This document shows, piece after piece, positions 1 through 18,700 of a stretch of DNA of 64,000 bases (its first letter is position 1; every line of letters starts with the position of its first letter). Origin of the DNA: Macrostomum lignano. Lineage: Eukaryota. A program made the position numbers and the translations under genes. The stretch spans positions 117,920 to 181,919 of the forward strand of contig NIVC01002345.1 of NCBI GenBank assembly GCA_002269645.1. Direction: 5' to 3'. The notes under the pieces were generated by a model. The model had not been told where the DNA came from, did no database searches, and was given only the letters and a program-made list of their open reading frames with translations.

Positions 1-373
1 TCTCTCTCTCTTTCTCTGTCTGTCTCGGTTTTGATCTGTTGACTCCCCCCGTGTTTTGTTATTACAATCTTGTGCATCACTGACTATCTGCCACTGAAAT
101 GTATTTATACTCTACGTTTTGACTTAAATTAAATAAATTCCAATCTGCCCGATGATGCCTAAAGTTAGGCGAAACATGTCGTTCTAATTAAAATGCTCGC
201 AATCTCCTTTCTTTTACTTCTCATTATCAAGCGTGCTGTTCTACCAGAATAGACTTCACAAACCACAAACCATAGACTTTGGGCGTTTAAGCGCCTAATT
301 TCGATGCCTAACTTTAGGTATGATGCACACTGCGTACTAACTAACCGCGACCAATAGTTAACACTGTTAACTA

Positions 374-7399
<7,026 letters not shown>

Positions 7400-8046
7400 G
7401 AAGCAGATACAAAGTTTCAGTTGACGAAAAAAAACTTTTCTAATAAAATAATAAATAATTAACAATCAGTTCTCTCGAACAAAGCCAATGTCAAAGCGCG
7501 GCGAACGTAGTGATTCAGAAGGAAATAATCACGTTTAAATTTCTTGGACGCTTTTAGTAAATAAAAACAAAGACTTCTTTGTAAATAAATAAAAAAGCGG
7601 CTACAGAAAAAACCTTTAGTTGAAAACCTAATGACAGTTTTAAAAAATTTTAATAACGTTTATTAAAAACTCGTACTTATCTACGCTAGTTAATCCGTCA
7701 AAATTACAAGTCACCTCTGTAATAGGGCTGAAGGTTACATTGCAGATCTCTAGTGGAAGCTCAACCCTATCTCTATCAAGATTATTCAGTTAGTTTTAGT
7801 CCAAGCGCCGGGACGGCCACGATTAGCACTTAATAGGCAGAGCACAATATTGTAGAAACTGCAATTATCTACAGCTGTAGTATAATGACTGATAAGTTAA
7901 TAGTAACTTTTGTGCATTGGGTTTGTCTGCAGTACATATATGTTCAATTGTGGAATGATGCATGATACAAGGACCACTGTTTATAGCAATATACAGTGGT
8001 CCTTGGCATGATATAGTATATAGTATATTTAATTGTAACTAAGTAG

Positions 8047-8627
8047 TAGAGCTGTCACGAGATCTTGACGAGACAAGATTCGAGATATATAATAAGATCT
8101 CGACAATTTTTTCCGTCTCGAAAAATCTCAATTTTTTTCAAGAAATTCGAGAGGAGATTTGAAAATTTTCTTATACCTTTTTTTTCAAAAATTTATTCGG
8201 GCCATAGAAATAAAAAAGAGAGCAAATATTCTTATAAATACAACTTCTTGTTGTAATACATTTTGTAGGGCAATTTGAGATGTAAAATCTAGCAGATGTC
8301 GACGAGTAGTTTTAGTGTTATTTACCGAATGTCGTTATATATATTTCTAGCTTGCATATGCGCTCTTTTTAGTTATCATTCCAGTTCTGCGGCAAGGTGT
8401 ATCATAGCAGACTCGAAGACAATATACCAGTCGCTACACATAATTTGCATCTTGTCAAGAAATTCGAGACAATTTGACAAGACAATACGAGACAAGACAA
8501 GATGCAATTCTAATATCCGTTTTTTAGATTTTTATCTCGTCTCGTCTCATCTCGAATTTCTTGATTATAAAAGCCTTTCTCGTCTCGAATCTCGTCTCGA
8601 ATAAAATCTCAAATTTTGACAGCTCTA
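8047..8627. mobile_element. Non-autonomous DNA transposon (MITE), ~580 bp, TIR TAGAGCTGTCA, with subterminal CGAGAC/GTCTCG motif arrays
   Basis: TAGAGCTGTCA at 8047-8057 and TGACAGCTCTA at 8617-8627. Many GAGACAAGA/TCTCGTCTCG motifs occur in mirrored orientation. There is no 8-bp TSD (TA is possible). Confidence 0.75.
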
Positions 8628-10470
8628 TCCATATGCACGTATTACCGTGGCCATACAAAATTGCTTCACAAATTTGCAAAAATACACAACCCAAGGACGA
8701 CTAACGTATATCTTAAGTAGTCCTTGTTACAATCATCTTTCCAGTTTTCATATATTTTACTGGTCCCCGAAAACAGCCGCCTAATTCCATCCCGCCGTTT
8801 CAGACCTTTTAATTCATCTTTAATTTTCCGTTCTTTATTTCCATTATTGTGTTTATAACATAAGTTATAGGTTCATTCGATCCACCGTAACGCAATGAGA
8901 AATTAAAGTAATTTAGTGCTTCAAATTATATTTCACTTCGCTTTCGGGCTCTAAAAGGTAGTGGGACAGATACATATTCAGGTTATAAGGACATAAAATA
9001 AATTCATTTTTTGGATAAAAACTCGCAAGAAATTAGTTTCAAGAAAACTTTTGAAAGAAAACAATACTTAAAAAATACTCGTTAGAATAACAGTGTTTTG
9101 CAGAAGAGTTTTTATTGAAATAAATTTGTTAACATTTCTTTATTTTACATTTGTAATTTAATTTTTTTTGTGACTAATAAGTTTTTCTTTTCTTTCTTGT
9201 AAAGCGCAGCACTCTATCTATCGGTAGGCCCTATCTATCTCGATAATCAATGTTCTTGATAATGCAGTCGGGAACGGAGACTCGTCATTTATATAAATTC
9301 CTAATTATAATTTTTTTTATTTTGTTTGCCTCTAAGGGTTAGAAAACGCTAGGCCTTTTAAAAATCATTTAATTGATCTGGATTACAGTGGTAAAATGAC
9401 AGTGTCTAGGAACTAGGGCGCTAGGCTAAATAACTTTGCTACTATTTAGCTGGCACTAGTAAAATAAGCTCGTCACCACTTAGCTTGCAGTCTTGCCCAT
9501 TGCATCTAAAATAAAATATATAATTGTAGATGCTACTAAACAAGCTACTAGGCCTATGGCAAAGAAAGTATTGCATTAACATTGCATATATATAGGCCTA
9601 TAGGAATATATGTATATCTACTATCATATATATTCCTATATAGTTTAATAAATATTTTGTTATATCACTTTGGTACATATATTTCAAAAGAATGCCTAAA
9701 CAATTAGTATAGGCCTAGTTCATGCAAATATTTACAATCAGTACTTTTAACTCTTGTTTTTTATAGCCATATGTCCTACTCATCTGCCCAAATATTCAAA
9801 TGCTTTAAAGAACTGCATGTATATACATATACATATATAGTTAGCCTAAAGTCATATAATATTTAAGTAAGCAGAGCAAATGGGTCCTGACCAATTTGGC
9901 AACAAACAAATTTGGCAATAGAGATTTACAATAGACTAATTCAACAAAAAGCTACAAAAGCAAATTTGGCTAAAATCTAGGCAAATTTGGCAATAATTAA
10001 TAAAGGAACAACAATTTTGTATAATTCTGATAATTATTTTAGTACAATGGTATTCTTCAATTTAGGTTTTTTGGGCCATACATGTTTTTCGTCCCTTTGA
10101 AAATCTTATTGGCAACTGGATTTTTGGTATCCGAGGCTAATTTGGCAATTTCATTTTCCCCATGCCAATTGCCAATTAAAAAAAGATTTTGTAAGTATAG
10201 GGGCCTAACAAAAGTATTATATAAATTGATATAATTGAATTATTAGTTGTTATTGTCTGCAGCATAGATAGGCCTCATAGCAATCTTATAAGAGAACAAT
10301 TTCTACTTTTTAAATGTATCTTTGGAAATATCCATCCTTAAGAATTGGGCTAGTTGCCTATAAGCAACCAAAAATAGGCATTAGCAACTGAATTTTAAGC
10401 CCCAAGGGCCAGCTGGCAAGGCAACTACAGCTTAGCATAATTTCCAACCTTAAAAAACCCAGTTTTCAAT

Positions 10471-11081
10471 CCCTATTGGAATAAATGTTGAAAACCCGCG
10501 GACGCGCGCTTTAGAATAGAGTCAAATTATTTTCCCGCGCTTTAGGATAATTAGAGATGTCCCGAAAGAGCAGTTTCCTCGAAATCAAAATTCGTTAACT
10601 TTCCAAACTCAAAATTGAAATTTTCCGAAATCAAAATGCAGAAAAACAAAGTTTAGTATGACCAATACTCACTTTTTACATTCGATTTACTGCTTATGCA
10701 AAATGAAATACACGTAGATGTAGCAGAAATTACTGCTTTTTTAGCGATTTTTGACTTTTCGATTTTAGCTTCCAAATTTTGACTTCTAATTTTATTCGAA
10801 ATTGAAATTTGCTCTTAATAAAAATTCTAATTTTGGAAAATTCAAATTGAAATTTCGGAACATCTCTAAGCTTTATAAATTATAAGTGTATAGGCCCCTT
10901 CCACAGAGGTATTAGATGACCCCTTTCCATGCATATGTATTTGCTAGAGCAGCAGCCAGCAAGAAAAGGCAGCGCGCGCACGCCGCGCAGGCGCTGCGCG
11001 CCTGTGCGCGCGCCGCGCTTTAGAAAAATTTCAAAAGTGCGCCGGACGCCGTCCGCGGATTTACAACTTTTTCCTATAGGG
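10471..11081. mobile_element. Non-autonomous TIR element A (611 bp), CCCTAT...ATAGGG termini, 8-bp TSD TTTTCAAT
   Basis: Left end CCCTATTGGAATAAATGTTGAAAACCCGCGGAC; right end (reverse complement) CCCTATAGGAAAAAGTTGTAAATCCGCGGAC. TTTTCAAT is present at both 10463-10470 and 11082-11089. Confidence 0.88.
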
Positions 11082-11440
11082 TTTTCAATTAGCTTTCATT
11101 TTAAATTGAGTTTGTTTTATCTTTCATTTACCTTGTAAGTTTTAATTCCTTTCTAAAAATTTGTTATTTGAGGTTGGGTAGCCTTGTAAACAAAAACCTT
11201 TGAAACTTGTAAAAAAGAGAAACAGTTTTCTCATATGCTTTTTAAGGTCCTTCTATTAGTTACAATGTTTGGGAAAATAATTAGCAAAAAAGCCATGCAA
11301 ATAAAAATGACAAGATTTAGAAATGTCAAGTGGCTCCCATGCACTATCATATTCTCAAAGATCTGAGATGTCCAATTTAATAACATACTTTTTCAGTTAT
11401 TTTAATATGCTTATGTAGCCATTATTTCATATTTTTAAAC

Positions 11441-12187
11441 CCCTATTGGAATAAGTTTCAAAAACCCGCGGACGCGCGACATGGGTGCCAAAATTGTGCC
11501 TTCAAAAGTGCGACGCGACACCAAATTTTGTTGACTGGGGGGCGGCGATGCGCAACACAACACCAATGTCTGTTGACCGAATGACTGGGGGGGGGGGAAG
11601 GATGCCACAGCAGCCACGTTGCAATTGACAATTCTCGTCCTGCCGTTCACTCCCAACACCAAGACCATGGAACGAGGGATGAGAGTATTCCTTTCAATTT
11701 CGCGGAAAAAAGAAATGAAATTTAAAAACAATAAACAGTAAAACAACAAAGGTACAACAGTTAGAAAAACAGCGCATGCATTGTAACTAACAAGTAACAT
11801 TTCTAAAAATTATATTTGAAGTTAATTAGTTATTTTACCATCAAAATAAAAAAGAACAATTCAAGAATTAGTTTTTATCAAACATGTTTGAAACATTTAA
11901 ATACCAAGAAACAACCGTGAACATATTATTACAATGAAACACAGTTTGCGAGGTTTTAGCTGCAGATCTAGGCCGCAACGCGACACATGACGACACCAGC
12001 CGCCAAGTTGCCACACTTTCGCGTCTCGTTGTGTCGTGTCGCGTGACACGACGCATGACGACACCAGGTTTCCACAGTGTCGCGCAATGTGACACCACTT
12101 GACACCACTGTTGCGCGACGTGACACCAGGAGAATCCAAAAATGCGACGGACGGTCATCCACGTTTTGTCAACTTATTCCAATAGGG
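11441..12187. mobile_element. Non-autonomous TIR element B (747 bp), TIR CCCTATTGGAATAAGTT, 8-bp TSD TTTTAAAC
   Basis: Perfect 17-bp TIR. TTTTAAAC is present at both 11433-11440 and 12188-12195. The internal CGACAC/GTGTCG motifs differ from those of element A. Confidence 0.9.
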
Positions 12188-13086
12188 TTTTAAACTAGTG
12201 TTCTGCCACTGCAAGTTTCAACTACCATAACAATAATTGTAGCTATAAGAAAAAAGCAACTTCTGTAGCCAAATTTTCCTATCATTATGGGGCTAAAATA
12301 ATTGTAACTACACTTGCCATAACCATAGTCATAATATATCAAAAATGGCAATTTTGTATAGAAAATTGTAGTATATATAAGACAAAACAGAGAAAAACAA
12401 CAGTAGTAGAGATAAAAAAATATAATTTAAATAGATTTTTCAAATAATCTTGCTTTTGTAAGATATAAATAGATAAGAGATGGATATATAGATTATAGAT
12501 AATCTTATATAACATAAATATATAAGAGATACAAATAGCCTACTGATATAGTAATTTATAAACTATACTTCTACATATACACTTGACTCAACTCAATACT
12601 TAGATTTGATTAGCATATTAATTAAAGTGCAAGTGTAGTAAAAACAAGCAAAACAACTAGACAAGTGAATGAAACCTTTTTGAAGTTTTATAGAAAGTGT
12701 TAGTTCTCTATGTGTATTCAACAAGTATTTATTTAATAGATTAGTAGACTAAAAATAGTTTATTTTGTGTAATTGTCAACATGTTTTTAATATATTTTTT
12801 ATTCTATACTTGATGCCCATAGTTTCATTATAGATAGCCATTATGGCAGTCTGGAAGTTTGCCATTATCCATAACTGTAGCCATAGGCTAAAAAGATTGC
12901 GTAGCTATAATGTAGCTCGTATAATAAAAATATGGCTGCAAAAGTGCCATTCCTATAATTTACTATAACTGTAACCATATTGATAGCAGAATACCATTAT
13001 AAATTTTCACAAACATTCTAAGAAAGCCTTTATTACATGTAATTTGCTAGATTGCTGCCAAATTTGCTTTTGCCAAATTTGTCTCT

Positions 13087-14184
13087 TGAAGTGGCTCGCG
13101 TGCGGCGAGATGAAGACTGCTTGTCTTTTAATAAAGTGCTGCGGCTGGGCCTTTTACCGCTCAAGTTTATTTGGGCCATAGACAGTTTGAGCAGCAGTGG
13201 CTGGCTCTGTCAAAAGTACATGTGTCCACTACACAACTCCCCCCAGAGCCAGACAATGTTGCTCTTGCATTGTGCTCGTCGGGAGCTCAGCTGCTGTGGC
13301 AAACAGCTGGGTCAGCTGTGATTACTTTGCCACTAACACAATGAAAACGACTGGGTTAGAAAAGGGTCACTGGCAGTGGATGACCGGGTTGGGGCGTCTA
13401 AATTGGTAATGTAAAACTGTTAGTAGCACAGAAATCGAAAGCATGCAGAGGCTGGCTCGATGGTGGGTGTTCAGGGACTGTCCAAAAATGTGAGCACTTT
13501 GCTGCTGATAGATCGAGCTGCGAGCCGGTGGCGTTGTGGGCCAGTTGAGGTCATAGACACCAGCATCCTTGAGGCCAAGGGCAGCGGCAGCAGTGGATGG
13601 TTAAGCTGATGATGATGCTGTTGGTACGTATGCCATTGTGGTGATCTGTCGGTAGTGTGGTGAGGCCTGCAGCGCAGAAAAGTGCACCGATGCTTTGTCC
13701 GACGTGTCCGCCTGTGCTGCTGGGACAAGGCGTTGCCGAGGTGAGCCGCATCGATGTCGCAGCGTCGCCATCAGGTGGGGCGTTGCAAGCAAACTTTGGC
13801 AGGCAAGAGCCCTTTACCCGGTGTGCACTGCTCACCTACTGCATAACCGCAGTGACCAGGAATCAGTCATGGTCACTTTGATGCGGCTCCAGTCAGAAGC
13901 GCTGAGCCGGATTTAGGGATCGAGGTGGCCAATGGCTTTGGCTGGACTCGGAAGACCTGGTGGCCGAAACTGTGACGAGGCAGCGGGCAAAAAGCTTGAA
14001 ATACTCAGCTACGGCTGAGTATAGTCAGGCTCACCACTGAAGCGGCTCGCGTGCGGCAAGATGAAGACCGCTTGTCTTTTAATAAAGTGCTGTGGCTAGG
14101 CCTTTTACGGCTCGAATTTATTTGGGCCATAGACAGTTTGAGCAGCAGTGGCTGGCTCTGTCAAAAGTACATGTGTCCGCTACA
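13087..14184 (-). mobile_element. Miniature non-autonomous LTR retroelement (TRIM-like), 1098 bp, with two 147-bp LTRs
   Basis: LTRs 13087-13233 and 14038-14184 have TG...CA ends and 9 mismatches in 147 bp. On the minus strand: PBS TGGTGAGCCTGA 1 nt after the 5' LTR (14036-14025), PPT GGGGGAGTTG before the 3' LTR, and AATAAA within the LTR. 4-bp flanks are CTCT/CTGT. No intact ORF. Confidence 0.88.
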
Positions 14185-14242
14185 CTGTATTAAATTTCTG
14201 TTACCAAATTTGCATGCATCCAAGCAAACAATGGTGCATAAA

Positions 14243-14540
14243 CATACATGCGCAACCTCCAAAATTCGGTCGGCCGTGCGACTTAGTTTTAACAAAAATG
14301 CGACGTAGTTTTTGGCCAAAAATGCGACTTACATGTAAAAAAACCCTAAAGCAAAATTAACGCAACTTTGGGTAAACGGCAGGAGTAACTATGAGTGTTT
14401 TATTAAGCCAAAATGCCTCGTCAGCTACTTAGTACTACTACTTGGGTATTTTTTTAGGTGGACATTTTTGCGACTTCCTTGGTTGGCTGCCAAATCAGTC
14501 GGCCGGATCGGCCGACTCGGCCGACTGTTGCGCACGTATG
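14243..14540. mobile_element. hAT-type MITE copy 1 (298 bp), TIR CATACATGCGCAAC, TSD TGCATAAA
   Basis: CATACATGCGCAAC...GTTGCGCACGTATG termini; perfect 8-bp TSD at 14235-14242 and 14541-14548. Confidence 0.92.
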
Positions 14541-15097
14541 TGCATAAACTCATTAGAGACCTATGTCTTTTATATACAGTATATATATATGCAATGGATC
14601 AATAGTAGTAAAACAGAGAATTTTATAGAAGCTATAATTGGATATAATTTTTTTTTTATTACATTAGATTAGAGATACACTTAGTAGGCCTGGGCCCATA
14701 CTATACATGTATATTATCTGTAGCATGCTAGAAGACAAGGGTTGCTTGCATCTATGGGCTATAGCTTATTAATTTGACTGACAATGAAATGAGGCAAGGC
14801 TGCTAGAAAAATTATGATGAGCTTTTTTAACAAGCAGTGGGATACAACTGCCAGCTAAATAAGTGTTGCCATTTGCAATTCAATATGAGCAAGTGACTAA
14901 TTTAAAATCAGTTTACTCACAGTGACATCATGCCACATCCAGGAAGGTGTACATTATCTCTTTTGTAACCAGGGTCTGAACCCCACGAGACACTTTACTA
15001 TGCCAGACTGGGACAGCTCAATAGACTGCACCTGTACTGCTAATGACCAATCTATGCCAGACATTGTCTATAATATTGGCTGCAATTTTACTGCAAT

Positions 15098-15368
15098 CAT
15101 ACATGCGCGACCTCCAAAATTCGATTTGACTTAGTTTTAACAAAAATGCGACGTAGTTGTTGGCCAAAAATGCTACTTACATGTAAAAAACGCTATTAAC
15201 GCAACTTTGGGTAAACGACAGGAGTAACTATAACTGTCTTAAAAAGCCGAAATGCCTCGTCAGCTACTTAGTACTACTACTTGGTGTTTTTCGGGTGGGC
15301 ATTTTTGCGACTTCCATGGTTGGCCGCCAAATCGATCGGCCGACTTGGCCGACTGTTGCGCATGTATG
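15098..15368. mobile_element. hAT-type MITE copy 2 (271 bp), same family, TSD ACTGCAAT
   Basis: Colinear with copy 1 along its length; perfect 8-bp TSD at 15090-15097 and 15369-15376. Confidence 0.92.
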
Positions 15369-15749
15369 ACTGCAATTAAGTAGGATATATTAGCCTAGCA
15401 GAAATTTTAGCACACAATGACACAACAAAAGTTTATTAGAAACATTTAGCTCACTATTGGTCATTAAAGATGTGTCATTAATGTATGCAAAGTTTTTAAA
15501 ATTAAAAATTGATATGAAAGCTACAAAAAGTAAGATTTTTTGCTAAAAGCTTTACTTGAGATTAAAGAATCCATAATTCCTAGAAATACAAACAAAATGA
15601 ATGTAAGGATTTATTAGACAGAGATCGATAGCAATAGTGATCAATACATTCTATTCTGCTTTATCCACATTAAAGCACTGATATTGCTCTATCCGATTAT
15701 CACCTGTCTGTCATATTTACCTAACGCCATCAGTTCCAGCTGCTCAGGC

Positions 15750-18700
15750 ATGGACGTCGAGAGCATGCACTCGGCTCGCAGCGGCAGATCTGACAGGTCG
15801 CACAGATCGGCGCCGGCTCATCATCATCGGGGTGGCGGCGATATGCGATCGAGCTCCGGCAGGCATCACGGGCCAGGCCAGATTCATTCCCAGCAGCAGC
15901 AGCAGCAGCATCAGATGCAGCCATTGCCGCCTCCGCTGCCTCAGATGGCCTCAGCCTACAGGCCTCAGCCTCCGCCTAACTATGCCCCACCATTGCCGCC
16001 AACATCCATAGCTGCCGCTAGCATGATCTCGCCTTATCATTACCAGCCTCCGACTGACAGCGACAATCCCAATGAACTTGGCGGATTGCAGCAGCATCAA
16101 CAGCAGCAGCAGCAGCAGCAGGCAAACCAGGATGACAATTGGGGCGAGACAAACACGGCGCTAACTGGGGCTACAAGTGAAACTGGTATGAGCGCTGACG
16201 AGATGGCTCGTTATAGTCGAGAGTTGGACGCGGCCGCTGCCGCCGCTGCCAGTGCCGATGCTGCCGGCTTCGACTGCGGTCGAGCTATGGCCACTGTGCT
16301 GAGCGTGACGCTTGGCTTAGCTGCGTTCATCTCGCCTCTGGTTATGGTTGTACTGCCAAAGGCTGGCGCTTTCACTTGGGAGGTGAGGGAGGCTTTGAGC
16401 ATTTTAACCTCTTGCTAATCTTTTCTTGCTGTTGATTCTCATTTACCCACAATCACCATAGAGAATCAACCTGCGTCCATTCACTGTGACAATCTTCCAT
16501 AACTCACTGTGAAATCAGCCTTGGTTTACTGTGAAAATCGGCCCTGATTCACTGTGATTATTGTTAATGGTTCACTGTGATTATTGTTAATGGTTCACTG
16601 TGATTATTGTCCATTATTTACTCTTCACCGTGATGACTGTCCCTGATTCACTGTGATGATTGCCCCTGATTCACTGTGATGATTGTCCCTGATTCACTGT
16701 GATGATTGCCTCTGATTCACTGCGATGGTTGTCCTTGATTCACTGTGATGATTGTCCTTGATTCACTGTGACGTCTGTGATGATTGCCTCTGATTCACTG
16801 TGAAAATCGCCCCTGATTCACCGTTATTCTCCGCGTCCCACAGTTAAAAGAGTGCAGCGTCGCCTGCGAAGGTAAGCTAATTAGTCTGGCATTTCGCCTG
16901 CTAATCCTGCTAGTGGCCACCTGGTGCCTGTTCTTCCGACGTGGCCGAGCTTCAATGCCCCGGGTGTACATATTCCGAGTTTTAATATTATTTCTAATAT
17001 TTGTCATCACTTTCGCATTCTGGCTATTCTACGGCGTGAGAGTTTGGCAGTATCAAGAGTCCGATTATAGCAGTATTGTGGAATTCGCTGTTGGACTCAC
17101 AGATGCCCTGCTGTTTGTGCACTATTTGGGCGTTGTGCTGCTTGAGATTCGTCACCTGCAGGCCAGGTTAGTCATTGTTAGGAATAATCTCCTCTTTCAA
17201 GATCTGTGTGCTGCTTGTCTATGTATGTAGAATCGCCCCTAATCCACACAACCTGAGAATTGCCCCTAATCCACACAACCTGAGAATTGCCCCTAATCCA
17301 GTCTACCTAAGAATCTCCCCTAATCTACCCAACCTAAGAATTGCCCCTATTCCACCCAACCTGAGAATCGCCCCTAATCTACCCAACCTAAGAATTGTCC
17401 CTATTCCACCCAACCTGAGAATTGCCCCTAATCCAGTCTACCTGAGAATCGCCCCTAATCCAGCCTACCTGAGAATCGCCCCTAATCCAGCCAACCTGAG
17501 AATCGCCCCTAATCCAGCCAACCTGAGAATCGCCCCTAATCCAGCCAACCTGAGAATCGCCCCTAATCCAGTCTACCTGAGAATCGCCCCTAATCCAGCC
17601 TACCTGAGAATCGCCCCTAATCCAGCCAACCTGAGAATCGCCCCTAATCCAGCCAACCTGAGAATCGCCCCTAATCCAGCCAACCTGAGAATCGCCCCTA
17701 ATCCAGCCAACCTGAGAATCGCCCCTAATCCAGCCAACCTGAGAATCGCCCCTAATCCAGTCTACCTGAGAATCGCCCCTAATCCAGCCAACCTGAGAAT
17801 CGCCTCTAATCCAGCCAACCTGAGAATCGCCCATAATCCAGCCAACCTGAGAATCGCCCCTAATCCAGTCTACCTGAGAATCGCCCCTAATCCAGCCAAC
17901 CTGAGAATCGCCCCTAATCCAGCCAACCTGAGAATCGCCCCTAATCCAGCCAACCTGAGAATCGCCCCTAATCCAGTCTACCTGAGAATCGCCCCTAATC
18001 CAGCCAACCTGAGAATCGCCCCTAATCCAGCCTACCTGAGAACCGCCCCTAATCCAGCCAACCTGAGAATCGCCACTAATCCAGCCTACCTGAGAATCGC
18101 CCTTAATCCAGTCTACCTGAGAACCGCCCATAATCCAGCCAACCTGAGAATCGCCCCTAATCCAGCCAACCTGAGAACCGCCCCTAATCCAGACAACCTG
18201 AGAATCGCCCCTAATCCAGTCTACGTGAGAATTGCCCCTATTCTACCCAACCTGAGAATCGCCCCTAATCCAGCCTACCTGAGAATCGCCCCTAATCCAG
18301 CCTACCTGAGAATCGCCCCTATTCCACCCAACCTGAGAATTGCCCCTATTCCACCCAACCTGAGAATCGCCCCTATTCCACCCAATCTGAGAATCGCCCC
18401 TATTCCACCCAACCTGAGAATTGCCCCTATTCCACCCAACCTGAGAATCGCCCCTATTCCACCCAATCTGAGAATTGCCCCTATTTCAGCCAACCTGAGA
18501 ATTGCCCCTAATCCACCCAACCTGAGAATTGTCCCTATTCCAGCCAACCTGAGAATCGCCCCTAATCCACCCAACCTGAGAATTGCCCCTATTCCACCCA
18601 ATCTGAGAATTGCCCCTATTCCACCCAATCTGAGAATTGCCCCTAATCCACCCAACCTGAGAATTGTCCCTATTCCAGCCAACCTGAGAATTGCCCCTAT

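Noticed and set aside
151-325. ~24-bp inverted repeat pair (GATGCCTAAAGTTAGGC) in the U12 intron
   Set aside because: Too short and imperfect, with no TSD, to call a MITE.
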